A DNA stretch of 64,000 bases from Gracilinanus agilis (Eukaryota), in the NCBI RefSeq assembly GCF_016433145.1, contig NC_058132.1:501795343-501859342 (forward strand), read 5' to 3'. Under the pieces are notes generated by a model. The model was not told where the DNA came from and did no database searches. It saw only the letters and a program-made list of their open reading frames with translations. Each line of letters starts with the position of its first letter. Position 1 is the stretch's first letter. Shown in pieces: positions 36,121-49,781 of this stretch. A program made the position numbers and the translations under genes.

Positions 36121-38954
36121 CTACCTTTAATCTCATAGGGATAATAGCAATATTAGTATGTTCTCCCTGCTGGTCTCTTTCTGACCACATAGCCTTTGCT
36201 GTATCCTGTCAGGCACATCCCACTGATTATGTGGTAGGGGAACTTCTGTTTTCAACTTCTGGATCAGTTGAAATCCTTCGCTCTTCCTTATGAGAAGAGT
36301 AGGTAACTCTGTGCTCTTCTAGTTCAAAACAAGAAATGTCAAAAAGTTTCCCCTGGCTTGATCCTTTCAGAATCTTAGATATTTCACCTCTAACATGAGA
36401 TTCTCATCTGTAAGTACCAATCTCTTTAGAGCAGAGTAGAGTCCTTCTAAGAAGGAAGTGCCTTTTATTTTTGGATCAAACTTCCTAGTTTCTGGGCTTG
36501 AGGTTCCTGTAGGCAACCGCACTCTGGTTCATGGTGAATATTCTGTATACTCTTTCTGAGTTTCACCTCTGAAGTATAGATTCTTAAGTCACAAAAGAGT
36601 TGTTTACCCAATGACTATCAAATGTTCCTGGGATTTGGGGTGCCTCAGTTTTCCAACTTTAAGTTTCTTCTGTGTTCTGCCACATAAGATGAAAGACTCA
36701 GGAAAAGGCTAAGTTTATGAAGAAAGGTCATTGTCTTTTCTACCTGTTCAGTCATATTCCTGGTCTTTCATATTCATTGTAGCTAGTGAAATCCACCTTT
36801 GATTTCTCCAGCTAAAGCCTGAAGGGTTTTGAGATCACCCTTAAAAATGCTTTGATTTGTAAGATTTTGATTTACGTTCAACTTTTGAGGGATATGTCTA
36901 CTGTGTAGCATGAGAGTCACCAAACATTTATTAAGCATCTGCAATACTAAGTGCTGAGAGAGAAAGAACGTTTAAATGAGACACAGTCCTTGGTCCTGGG
37001 AGGGGTGGGGGTGGAATTCTTCAACAGGGAAGAGTTCACTGTATCATAAAATCATCACTTGGGTTCTTATTCCTTTGACAGAGCTTCTGGTGTCACTTGA
37101 GTCTTCTCATATCTGTCTCAAGTAGGGTTGTGGAAATGGGACCAATATCTCCCTCTGCCTTCCAGTGAAGGGGGAGTATAGGAGAATTTTGAAGATGATT
37201 TGGTGTGGCCCCAAGCACTAGGAAGCCCTCATATGGAAGTAAGCTGTTATTTTGGGAGATAGTATCTTTGAATGTATCCATTAATTATCCACTTGGCTCT
37301 CTTGAGGTGCTGCTAGGTAGGATAAAAGCTACTAAATATTTTACAAATATATACATATATATATATACACACACGCACATATATATTTGTCATGGGAGTT
37401 TTTTTTTTTCTTTTGAAACTGTAAGGGCTAGATCTAGGTGCCATTGACTTTGGAGGTTTTTCCATGCATTCCTTTCTTCTCTTGCTATCACCGTCTCTCT
37501 GGTTATCTCATGTTTTCTTGCCATTCCTCAACTGCCCAAGCCTACTAGAGTCATTCTTCATCCCAAGCATGCTTATCCTAGGTGGTGTCCTACATGTTTC
37601 CTTACCCCTCAGGCTCTCAGAGTTTGCTGTCCTGTGTGATAGTCTTTCTGTTCTTCTCTTTGCCTCCATGCCAGCTGGTTTATCTGATAAGCTAATTTAT
37701 GCTAACATGATAATAGAGGCTAATGAATTAATGGGGTTACCCCTTCCAGATATTTTCATTGTAAATAATAGGCCTTCCAGAAACAAAACCGTTGTCAAAA
37801 AGAGTAGCTTCCACCTTTATGGTGAGAATTTCAGAAGGTATATTGGAGAGAGATTTTTGGTAAGAGGGTGCTTATCAATCTTAAAAATACTTCTTGTAGG
37901 TATCTCCTATCCATAAACATTCAAGGGCATTCTCAGAAGTGACCCTTTTGTTTAGGAATAGTGCATATGGATTTCTTCATGGTGAAGTCTTTGAGAGTGT
38001 AAAGACTCTCTCTGGTATACCTGGCAGCTGTATAGTTAGAAATTTTTTGCTTCAAGTTGGTATTAATAAACTTTATAAATATTATGCTTGGAGATATCAT
38101 ATATTAATTTTGAAGCTTACACAACTGATTTACCTTAGAGCTGATTTACCCAACTTGGTCAGGGTATAGGTGGAGAAAATATAAAATCTTGTATTTTTGG
38201 AATCTGAGAATTGAATGGGACCTTAGAGGTGACCAAATCCAATCACCTCTCCAATTCTAGAATTCTCTTTACAATAACTTTGAGAGATTGTGATCTAGCT
38301 TGAATATTTCCGCCGACATAGAACTCATAATTTCATAATCTATGGTTACTTTAATTGTTAAAAAATTCTTCCTCATTTTGATGCTAAATCTGTCTCCTTT
38401 TCACACCTATCTAGCTCTGTCCTCTGAAGCTGTGCCAAATAAACCTAATCCCTCTTGAAATCATAACCTTTTATGAGTGGGGTGGCAGAAGGGAACAAGT
38501 ATTTATTAAGCATCTTCTATGTGCTAGGTGCTTCATAACATATTTTATCCTCACAACAAAACTGAGAGGGAGGTACTATTATTATCCTCATTTTACAGGG
38601 GAGGAAATTGAGGCAGACAGAAGTTCGGTGACTTGCCCAGGGTAAGACAGCTAATGTCTGAGGCCAAATTTGAACTCATATCTTCTTGACTTCAGGTCTA
38701 ACATTCTAATGACTAAGCAAAAAAAAAAATGTGACAGTTAAATCTGTTTGTCTTTTGGTTTTTCCTTCAGATAATGAGGATAGTTGAATTAGGTGATTTC
38801 TAATGTCCCTTGAACCTTTAGGATTCTATTATTCTTGATTCTATTCCCCAAAGAGGCTCTGCTTATTCTTAGGTCCTGGGATATAAGGGTAAAGGGTAAT
38901 CTCTCATAGTTAGAACATATTATAAAGAGCCATCTTCACAACTCTGTTGCTGTT

Positions 38955-39200
38955 GCTGTTCAGTTGTTTTCAGTCATGTTTGATTCTACATGACTCTATT
39001 AGGGGTTTTCTTGGCAAAAATACTAGAATGGTTTCCCATTTCCTTCTCAGCTCATTTAACAGATGAGGAAACTGAGTCAAAGAGGGATAAGGGAGTTGCC
39101 CAGGGTCAGACAGCTAGTAAGTATCTGAGGCCACATTTGAGCTCAAGAAGATGAATCTTCCTGACTCTAGGAGGAGAACTTTATCCACCAAGCTATCCCT
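38955..39200 (-). mobile_element. MAR1-type CORE-SINE
   Basis: Antisense body. Confidence 0.78.
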
Positions 39201-39866
39201 ACCTGTTTCAACTTCGTGAGGCAAGTGTTTTTTGTACATTTTGCAGAAGAAAATACAAGATTCAGAACGGTTAAGTAATATAAGTAATAACACTAACAGT
39301 AAGTAATGACACTACACAACATGATAAATGAGTTAGAAAAGTGATCTCCAAGGCACAAGATGATGGGAGAGGATTGAATCAGAGATGGGGCTTGGGGAAC
39401 TTGTTTCTTTTTTGGGTACAAACCACCTGTTGAAGCCAGAGGATCTTGTTTGCCTCAGTTTCTTCATTCATAAACTGAGCTGGAGAAGGAAATGATGAAC
39501 CACTTTTGAATCTTTGCCAAGAAAACCCCAAATAGGATCAAGAAGAAGAATTAGATATGAAACAAATGACTGAAGAGACACAAAATACACAAACACCGCT
39601 ACATAGAATATAGCATTTAGAACACCAACAGCTAATTTAATATTTATAATCTGGAAACTGTGATTCTTGGCACCTTTGTCCCCTTTCTGCCACCCTACCA
39701 CCACTACCACAGCCATTATGTATTTACCATACCACCTTTCTGCCTGTCCCCATTCTCCCTTCCCTGTCTGGAAGGTCCATGAGGGCAGGAAACATGTTTT
39801 ATTATTGCATTATCTTAGCATTTAGCACCACAATTCACATAGCATGTGTTTAAGAAGGTTTTTTTT

Positions 39867-41478
39867 AAAATTTAAACATTTATTAATATTCATTTTTAAC
39901 ATGGTTACATGATTCATGCTCCTACTTTCCCCTTCACCCCCCACACTCCCCCTACCCATGGCCGATGCACATTTCCACTGGTTTTGTCATGTGTCCTTGA
40001 TCAAGACCTATTTCCAAATTGTTGGTAGTTGCATTGGTGTGGTAGTTTCGAGTCCACATCCTCAATTATGTCCACCCCAACCCATGCATTCAAGCAGCTG
40101 TTTTTCTTATATGTTTCCTCTCCTGCAGTCCTTCCTCTGAATGTGGGTAGCATCTTTACCATAAATCCCTCAAAATTGTCCTGGGTCATTGTATTGCTGC
40201 TGGTACAGAGGTCCATTACATTCAATTTTACCACAGTGTATCAGTCTCTGTGTACAATGTTCTCCTGGATCTGCTCCTTTCACTCTACATCAATTCCTGG
40301 AGGTCTTTCCAGTTCACCTGGAACTCCTCCAGTTTATTATTCCTTTTAGCACAATAGTATTCCATCACCAGCATATACCACAGTTTGTTCAGCCATTCCC
40401 CAATTGAAGGACATCCCCTCCTTTTCCAGTTTTTTGCCACCACAAAAAGCGCAGCTATAAATATTTTCGTACAAGTCTGTTTATCTATGATCTCTTTGGG
40501 GTACAAACCCAACAATGGTATGGCTGGATCAAAGGGCAGGCATTCTTTTATAGCCCTTTGAGCATGATTCCAAATTGCCCTCCAGAATGGTTGGATCAGT
40601 TCACAACTCCACCAGCAATGCATTAATTCCAATTTGGCCACATCCCCTCCAACATTCATTACTCTCCCCTTCTTTTAGCCAATCTGCTAGGTGTGATGTG
40701 ATACCTCAGAGTTGTTTTGATTTGCATTTCTCTAATTATTAGAGATTTGGAACACTTTCTCATGTGCTTATTGATACTTTTGATTTCTTTACCTGAAAAT
40801 TGCCTATTCATGTCTCTTGCCCATTTATCAATTGGGGAATGGCTTGATTTTTTTATACAATTGCTTTAACTCCTTGTATTTGAGTAATTAGACCCCTGTC
40901 AGAGTTTTTCGTTAAAAAGATTTTTTCCCAATTTGTTGTTTCCCTTCTGATTTTGGCTGCATTGTTTTTGTTTGTACAAAAGCTTTTTAGCTTAATATAA
41001 TCAAAACCATTTAATTTACATTTTGTAATTTTCTCTAACTCTTGCTTGGTTTTAAAGTCTTTCCTTTCCCAGAGATCTGACAAGTATACTATTCTGTGTT
41101 CACTTAACTTATTTATAGTTTCCCTCTTTATATTCAAGTCATTCACCCATTCTGAATTTATCTTGGTGTAGGGTGTGAGATGTTGATCTAGACCTAATCT
41201 CTCCCATATTGTTTTCCAAATTTCCCAGCAGTTTTTGTCAAATAGTGGATTTTTGTCCCAAAAGTTGGGCTCTTTGGGTTTATCATGCACTGTCTTGCTG
41301 ATGTCATTTACCCCAAGTCTATTCCACTGATCCTCCCTTCTGTCTCTTAGCCACTACCATATTGTTTTGAAGACTTCTGCTTTATAGCATAGTTTAATAT
41401 CTGTTACTGCTAGGCCCCCTTCCTTCACATGTTTTTTCATTATTTCCCTTGATATTCTTGATCTTTTGTTATTCCAAA
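39867..41478 (-). mobile_element. 5'-truncated young opossum L1 (ORF2 C-terminus + 3' UTR) with TSD
   Basis: ORFs 40853..41290 and 40285..40659 are L1 ORF2 segments separated by frameshifts; TSD ttaagaagg(g)tttttt at ~39850-39866 and ~41479-41494. Confidence 0.95.
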
Positions 41479-43105
41479 TTAAGAAGGGTTTTTTGAATTA
41501 ATGCCTCACTTTCCTATTCACAACATTGCCTTCTGAGACTTTTTTTTTTTTTTTTTTTTGCCTTATAATCAGTCAGGAAAAATCTTATAAAGTGTAACAA
41601 AGGCTTCCAAAACCATAGACTTGACAGCCTTGTCAATGGTCACAATGGTCATGTTTCAGTGGATCAGCAGCAAGGGGACTGTTTGCCACCAGCGCCAACC
41701 TTTCTGAAATCATATCTTCATTGCGGTTTCAGATAATATACTTTATTTGATTAACTTTCAGCTTTAGTTTGATCAGTTGTTCCTTATCAGGAAGTGTCCC
41801 TCAGAATTTTAGTTTCATGTGAGTAACTCATGAAGACAACTAGAAAGGCTGGACATGAGTGAGCTGGCAATAGAACCATTTGAGTAAAAATGCTCATAGC
41901 AAGTGGAGAGGTTGGGTGCATTTGGCACTATGGAGAGCCAAGGGGATGGAAGAGATCTGGCCTTTTCTCCTCAAGAAACTTACAATCTAACTTCCTTCTT
42001 CCTGGAGGCTTGCTAATGAGGAGTGAGGCTAAAACATGAGGGGTCCAAGTGGTTCAGAGCAGTTGTCATGGAGTAGAATTACAGGGTAAATTTCCCATCA
42101 ATGGGGAACCTTAGGGAAAGTAGTTGTCCTGGCCTGCCTCTCAGGTGGGTGGAAAGTTAAACAGCTGGAAGAGATGTCTTCTGTTGGGGCAGGAGGGTAA
42201 GAGGATACAAGGGAGAAGGGAAAGGGGGAAGATTTTGCTTTGTCTTTGGAAGCAGTACAGTTGGTGGATAGCCTTGTAGTTGCTTCTTGTATGTTTTGTC
42301 CTGTGCCACCCCTACCACACTGGGGTGCCATTGCATCTTGGAATAAGCCCAGGCTAATTGAGCTTTATCTATCTAACTTATTCGTCTTTATTATTTTAAA
42401 TATTTATCTTTATTTATTATATATTATATTTATTTATAGAAATAATACTTTAATAATAAAATTAATAATATATTAATGATCTAATAATTTATCAAAATTT
42501 TTTTAGATCTTATTTTTTTTCAGGGGAGGATTCCTTCTCCCCACTATCTTCAGGTGAGGGGGAATGAATTTTGTAGGTACCTGCAAAGGAGGCTGCCAGT
42601 AGTGCCAGAAAAGCATTTGCCCTTCCAAGGATGGGGAAGTGCCAGATTTTATTTTTTAAGCTCTATGTCCTGGGTGGGATAGATCATACACCCTTCTCTG
42701 GCATATTATATACTCATAGGTGATGTGCAGAGGTGTCCAAAACCTGCAAAGACTAGGATTCTCTAGGAGAGCTGCCATATTGCCAGCAGATAAGAACCTG
42801 ATTTTTCAAGGGTTGATAATAAAGAGCTTTAAGGTTTGCAAACATTTATCTCATTTGAGTTCCACAATAACGCTGTGAGGTAGGTGGTATTGTTTATTTT
42901 AGTTATGGAGAAGAGGAAACCGAGGCTGAAAGTTAAATGATTTGCCCAAGGTCACATGGGTATTAAATGTTTGAGTTAGCTTTTGAACTCAAGTCTTCCT
43001 GATTCCAAGGCCAACACTATCTACTGGGCCACCTAGTTGCCTTAATGATATAGTTACAGGATTATAATCCTTTTGCCAGTGTGTCCCTAGCCTGATCTTA
43101 AATGT

Positions 43106-43354
43106 NNNNNNNNNNNNNNNNNNNNNNNNNNNNNNNNNNNNNNNNNNNNNNNNNNNNNNNNNNNNNNNNNNNNNNNNNNNNNNNNNNNNNNNNNNNNNNN
43201 NNNNNNNNNNNNNNNNNNNNNNNNNNNNNNNNNNNNNNNNNNNNNNNNNNNNNNNNNNNNNNNNNNNNNNNNNNNNNNNNNNNNNNNNNNNNNNNNNNNN
43301 NNNNNNNNNNNNNNNNNNNNNNNNNNNNNNNNNNNNNNNNNNNNNNNNNNNNNN
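43106..43354. other. Assembly gap
   Basis: N run. Confidence 1.
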
Positions 43355-45299
43355 CCTCCTCAAGCATGCTTCATTTGTACTCAAGGGAACATATATTTTG
43401 TCTTTCTTGGTATTCCTAGTGCTTAGCACAGTGCCTGGTACATAATAATTGTTTAATAAATGCTTATAGAGTGACTGACTACCAACGATTTCAGTCATGG
43501 CTCTGTTACTATCAACGTGACCTTGTACAAGTTATTTAAATTCTCTGGTTCTCTGTTTCCTTTTGAGTAAAATAAGTGGGTTGGATTAAATGAACTCTAG
43601 GGAGTTTTAATCACACGATAAGAGAAGGTACAAATGGAAACAGCTTTAACATTTTCTTTAAAGTGGGCACATAGCATGTGCATAGGAGTTCTCACAATTC
43701 TATATCAAACACACAAAAGCGTATTGGCACAAACATTTTCTAACAAAGGATATAGGGAGATAAGCATATGAGTGAGATGGCGGTGTTACATGAGGAAAGG
43801 GGAGAGGGCAGACAGAACTATTTATTTTGTTCTTTGTTGGCTGGGCTGGAATGAATTTTCATTACTGCCTTGCAGAGCAAGGTTTCTCTGGTCTGTGGAG
43901 CTTAAAGCCAGACTCTTTGGAACCATTTTTGGCTTGGCTGGTTTATATGAAGATAGATTGTGGGCATTTATAAACATCTTTTGGAGTGGGCTGAGGATAA
44001 ATATCAAATAAAAGATAAGCTTTTCTTATCTCATTTTTTTTCCTAAACAGAATTTTAGTGTCTACATGTTTTTTTTTTTTTTTTTTTGTGACTAAAGAGA
44101 AAATGATTTCCATTATAAGATTGTCAGCCCAGGAAAATGAGTCTAGTATTAGAATTTGATGAATCTTTTTGGAAGCCAAGTCTGCCAGGCCACATATGAA
44201 TATTCTCCACCAGGTGTGTCGAGTGGGGAAGTTGAGGTCTAATGTTGATAATGAAATGAGAATGCTTCTTTTGTGGTTCCAGTTATAGACAAGCCTTTGG
44301 GAAATGGAAGATGTTTTCTTTTGGGCCTTCCAGAAAATTCTTTGTGGATTACTCAGGTTCAGGTGGATTGCAGGTTTGGTTGACCTTCTGCTCTGATCTC
44401 TCTCAACAAGATCTCCCTCAGAGAGTTCATTGTCCCTCCTAGCTTTATTTAATTTAATTTTTTAGATTCTGAACTTAAACACCAACTGAAAGGATCATTT
44501 GCATATATGCAATAGAACAGAAGGGTTTGTCAGTTAAACTGCAGATCTCTGTACTATATGGCTTTTCTTTTAAAATATTTAATACATTGAATATGTAACT
44601 TTCAAAAGTGTCCTCCTTATCTGTGATTCTTTTGGCTTTCTTCTCATTTTCTTATGTGCATTAGAATAATGTATTAGCACCCTCTTTTCTTTCTTTCTGT
44701 CTTTTTTTTTCCCAACTCTATACCAACCCCAACTCTCCCTACCCCCATCCTTACCTGGCACACAATGGGTGCATATTAGCTGCTTGTTGGTGGATTATTG
44801 GTCTCACTGAAGCATAGGACTTCAAAGGGTTATATGACCCTTGTTGGAGGAACAAATGAGATAATTTACAAAGTGTTTTCCAGAGTATTAGCTGTCATTA
44901 TCATTACATTAGTCATTGTTATTCACTATAATTGCTAGATTTCTCTTCATGTTCCCATGATCATGACCAGTCTACCAGGTCAGGATCTCAAGCTCCAAAC
45001 TGACTAATACCAGCCCTGAGGCTTCTTCTTATTCATAATAGACTGGGAGAATGGTTGACACTTGTTTCCCCTGTGGCTTCTGGGAATAGTAGTTTCTCCC
45101 TTTCCTCCTCTTGGTCTCACAGTGTTAAAAACTTTTGAAATTTTACCTGATTTCCCACCCAAATTGTGGGCATCCCCTCTCTTCACCCCATTATGGAAAC
45201 ATTCCCAAGGGGGAAATATAAAAAAGAAAACTACATGCACGTTCTCTTTGTAAAAGCCAAGGGAAACAAACTTTTATTCTATAATGTTGATAATAATTT

Positions 45300-45480
45300 T
45301 TAAACCTTACCTTCTATCTTAATTGCAACTCTAAGATAGAAGAGTGAAGGCTAGGCAAGTGGGATCAAGTGACTTGCCTAGGGTCACACAGCTAGGAAGT
45401 ATCTGAGATCATATTTCAACCCAGGTCCTCCTAACTCTAGGCCTGGTGTCCTATCCACTGTACTACCTAGATGTTCCCTA
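45300..45480 (-). mobile_element. Opossum SINE1-type element
   Basis: aaaccttaccttctatctt... antisense body. Confidence 0.75.
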
Positions 45481-45497
45481 TTCTATTATTTTTTGGG

Positions 45498-45629
45498 NNN
45501 NNNNNNNNNNNNNNNNNNNNNNNNNNNNNNNNNNNNNNNNNNNNNNNNNNNNNNNNNNNNNNNNNNNNNNNNNNNNNNNNNNNNNNNNNNNNNNNNNNNN
45601 NNNNNNNNNNNNNNNNNNNNNNNNNNNNN
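45498..45629. other. Assembly gap
   Basis: N run. Confidence 1.
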
Positions 45630-46152
45630 GCTGATAGATGGAGAGAGGGTAAACTAAACTGGATACTACCACTGGTAATTGTGTGACAGCAGTGGAGTCC
45701 AGATATGTGGCTAGTGCAAGATCAACTGAGGCTTGCCCTAGCTAGATGATGTAACACCTCCCTCCTTTATAACAGTGCCCAGGCAGGATCCTTCAGGTCA
45801 ATGGATGGTATCCCTTCAGGTCCCACCTGGGGTTGATTGATGATAGATATTGGGCTCTATTAGCCTTGGTAACGGTTTATCTGAATGCGTGTCTCCCTTC
45901 CCAGAGAAGCTATGAAATAACCAATCCAGGAAGGTACTTGAATAGTTTATCTATATTTTAGCAAAGATGGAGTACTGGGAAATGGGTAGAGGAATTGGGA
46001 AACCCTAACTAATTGATAATAATAATAAACCCTCAGAGCTGTAGGCAGGTAATTGAGTCTGGTTAGTTAGCCCTCTGGTTCAGCCTGGCCACAGCCAAAC
46101 CAGAGTAAGCAGGCTGCTGTTTGATGTCTTTCAGCTTCTTCTTCCTGCTAGA

Positions 46153-46590
46153 TGTTATGCCTATACGGCCTTCAGGATCCACCCCTTTTCCACCCTCTTC
46201 TTCTTCTCCTGCCCACTTCCCAGATCCCTCCCGGGCCCTGGGATACCTAGATAACTACAGATGATTTGAATTCCTAAATATCTAGGGGCAGTAGAATAAG
46301 AAGATTGATGGTCTGTATACAGGTTGGCAATGATAGTCAGGTACAAGACAGGAGGTTTTTGCAAGATTGAGCCAAGCAAGTCACCAATCCCCAAAAGACC
46401 AGGATCCACAGATCTCAGGTCCATGGGAAGTGAAAGGACCCAAAAGCCAGGGCTGCCATGGTATTTATACCCCCCTGGGCCAACCGCTTTCTCCCCTGTC
46501 CTCACGGCCCCTGGGAACATTCTAAGACCCAACGGTCCTCACCCGTCAATCAAGGGCGAGACTCTCTGCTCCCAGAGTTTCAATATAACA
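46153..46590 (-). mobile_element. Probable solo ERV LTR
   Basis: Termini TGTTAT...ATAACA (6-bp inverted repeat); minus-strand TATAAATA near 46462-46469; TSD imperfect (ctaga/ctatc). Confidence 0.65.
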
Positions 46591-47149
46591 CTATCTATCT
46601 ATCCCATTTATGGAGAGAAGACAGTGGTAGATGAGGGACTGCTTCTACATACAAGTAGCAAATAAAGTGCTAGAACTGGAGTCAGGAAGACCTTTGCTCA
46701 AATCCAGCTCCATATAGCTGCTAGCAATGTGACCCTAGAGAAGTTTCTTAACATTGCTCACCCTCAGTTTCTCAATCTCTATAATGTACATAATAACAAG
46801 ACCTACTCAACAGGATTATTATGAGGCACTGTGGTACAGAGGAATGAGCACTGTCTACAGTCAGAAGTCTTGTGTTGAAATGCTATTTTTATTATTTGCT
46901 TCATGTGTGGTCTTGAGCAAATCACTTAAACTCCTTGGACCTCATCTATAAATTGAAACTATTGACCTGGGTGGTCTCTGGAGTTTCCTTCAGCTCTTGA
47001 TATTCCATGAAATGAGTTAATATATGGAAAGTGTTTTGTAAATAATAAAGCACTATATAAAGTTAGCTATTATTATTACTAATCACTCTTCTATAGCTGA
47101 GTCTCCAAATTTTTTACCAAAGTTTTTCTCCCTTCTCTCTTCTACTATG

Positions 47150-47500
47150 TGCAGCTTCCATTGGTTTGTATATGCTACTGCATGAATTGTATCGATTCTA
47201 GAACATATCAGAACCTTCTTAATGAAATTCATAATTATTTGTTTAAAAGACATCATCCTAACAACTCATAATGAACAACTAAATAGATGCAAAATGCTTA
47301 TTGCCAGATTATGAGATGCCATTTCATAGCCAATCCATTAAGGACTTAGCTTCTCAATGGAAATATCTGAGACAGATGCTACAGCTGGATGTTGGGCCCA
47401 GAATTAAAAAAGGAGGAAGAGAGTAGCTTAGATTGCATCTGGGGAATCGTGTAGTGCTTTTAATGATCCAGAGTTACTTTTTGGTGCCCCAAACAAACAA
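47150..47500 (+). mobile_element. Degenerate RTE-clade LINE reverse-transcriptase fragment (segment A)
   Basis: Plus strand matches recalled RTE ORF text from the (F/Y)ADD motif to LGPELKRR...AFNDPELLFG. Confidence 0.7.
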
Positions 47501-47529
47501 AAAAAGGAACATTTTTCAATACCCGTGTA

Positions 47530-47968
47530 AGTTCTATAATTATAGATCTCATTTAGGAGGTTCTGCAAAGTTCTGAGGCTTGATGCAGTTGGTTCAATGT
47601 CATCCACGGAGAGGATTGTCTGGGGATCTTCATTATTTCTAGTGAATATCTCCTTAACTTGAATTCTGCTTGTCTCTCTCCCATGACAGTGGCAAATGCC
47701 CTTAGTGATGAGCATACATCTTTCTGTTTTATCCTTAACTTGATATTAATGAACAGAGGGTTATTGAAAAAGGTTATCTCTGGTGTTATATTTTTTTTGA
47801 GGAATTTTATGTAATTTTACATATGCCCCTTGTTGGAGAGGAACTTTCAAGGTGGCAGTTGGCTCTACCAAGTCAAATGCATTTTTCGTGGTTGACAAAC
47901 AGTGTGTAGTGGAATCTTTTCTTGTCTGCATCTTTCAGTCAGTTGGATGATGGCAAAGTTCTGCTGTC
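47530..47968 (-). mobile_element. Degenerate RTE-clade LINE reverse-transcriptase fragment (segment B)
   Basis: Minus strand encodes RT-like text up to VDDI..TASSLRTLQNLLNEI (in ORF 47428..47715). Confidence 0.75.
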
Positions 47969-48625
47969 ATGAGAGAGAGATAGGCAAGATAAAGAAGCAC
48001 CTAGACAATCCTCTTTGTGGATGACATTGGGCCAATTGCATCAAACCCCAGAACATTGCAGAGCCTCCTAAATGAGATCCATAATTACAGGGTTTACTTT
48101 GATGTTGGAAACATGTTCTTTTGTTTGTTTGTTTGGGGCACCAGAAAGTAACTCTGGATCTTTAGAAGCATAGCACAATTCCCCAAAAGCAATCTAAGCA
48201 ACTCTCTTCCTCTTTTTTAATTCTGGGCCCAACATCCAGCTGTAGCATCTGTCTCAGATATTTCCATTGAGAAGCTAAGTCCATAATGGACTGACTATGA
48301 AACGGCATCTCATAATCTGGCAATAAGCATTTTGCATCTATTTAGCTTTTCATTATGGGTTGTTAGAATGATGTCTTTTAAATAATTATGAATTTCATTA
48401 AGGAAGCCTTGATATGTTCTAGGATTGATATAATTTGTGTAATATCATATACAAACCAGTGGAAGCTGAATATGGTAAAAAGAAGCAAACTTTTGGTAAA
48501 GAATTTGGGGATTCAACTGTTAGATTGAAATTAATATCTCCAAGTTCTTATTTTCCATAAAGTTAGTTAATAATCATTTGAAATAGAAAAAGCAGATAAG
48601 CACAGATTTAAAGTCTCTTTCTTAC

Positions 48626-48681
48626 TCTAAGTCTGACCACGTGTAGCTCATCTTGCAGGATTCTCCGTCCATCTCACCTGC
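48626..48681 (-). other. Candidate small exon (MDGESCKMSYTWSDL)
   Basis: Polypyrimidine tract with AG acceptors, gagATGG, donor AGA|GTAAGA; not recognised. Confidence 0.15.
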
Positions 48682-49781
48682 CTGCTCAGGAAAGTAGAGA
48701 AAGAGACCCAGGTGGGGTCCACCCACACCCTTTTATTTGGGTTCATGGATGCAGCATTGGCATGTAAAAAACAGGATGGACCGGGTTGGCAATCCAGGAG
48801 GAGGAGGGGATGAAACTCCCTCTACACACAACTATCAAATAGAAATTAATATTAATAATGTTCCTCATGACCCATTTGGGGTTTTCTTGTCAAAGATAAT
48901 GAAGTGTTTTGCCATTTTCTTCTCCAACTCATTTTATAAACAAGGTAGTGGAAATAAACAGGGCTAAGTGATTTGCCCAGGGTCACATAGCAGTAAATAC
49001 CTGAAGCTGGATTTGAATTCATGACTCCAGACTTGGCACTCTATCCACTGCACCACCTAGTTTCCCCAATAACAATCATAGAGCACTTTAAGATTTACAA
49101 AACACAGCAATCTGCAATGCTGGAGGGAGCATTTACCCACAGATTACAGGCAGATCTGTGAGGGGAACACAAATCTTTTCTAGTGATGCCGTATGATTGG
49201 GAATGATGAAATCCCACAATCTCATTTCAGTCAACCTCTAAGGTCAATGGACAGATGTATGTTAAGTACGAGTGGGCTACAGCATATTTTCCATAATGAC
49301 TTATGTGCATGTAAGAGCCAGTACTCAGGAAATGTATTATAAGAAAAGGGGCTGGGAGGGAAGTAGTGAGAGCAAAAGATAACAAATGGACAGTTCAAGT
49401 ATAGGCAGTGATAGCCATAAGAACAGAAAAAAGGCGAAGGGCAAAGTCTTTGGTTCCCTGGGTAGATGCATAGCTATGTGGAGCTCACAGATAACAATCC
49501 CACAGGAGGAGAAGGTGTAGATGGGTTCTAATTTGCATTAGTGAGGGGGAACCCTGTACAATGATGAGCCCACAGGTTGACTGAAGTATGTCCAAGGTAC
49601 TATGCAAGGTTTTAAGGATGTGAAGATGTAAAAAGTCTAGCCTCAAGGAGCTTGTGCTCTATGAAGAAGCATAAGCCATGTACACAGTTGAGTGCCTGGT
49701 AGAGTGTGTTAAAGGAAAGGAAATTTCTAGAGAAGTATAACAGAGACGTAGAAGAGGTGGTACTTCAATTGAATCTTTAAA

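Larger units (their letters stand above)
47090..48523. repeat. Large inverted repeat: arms ~47090-47689 and ~47964-48523
   Basis: Arms are reverse complements, including a ~70-bp perfect stretch (ttttttaattctgggcccaacatccagctg...gctaagtcc). Confidence 0.92.

Noticed and set aside
37464-38169. ORFs 37464..37916 and 37939..38169 plus a donor TTG|GTAAG at ~37860
   Set aside because: No recognisable protein in any frame, and no consistent exon chain.
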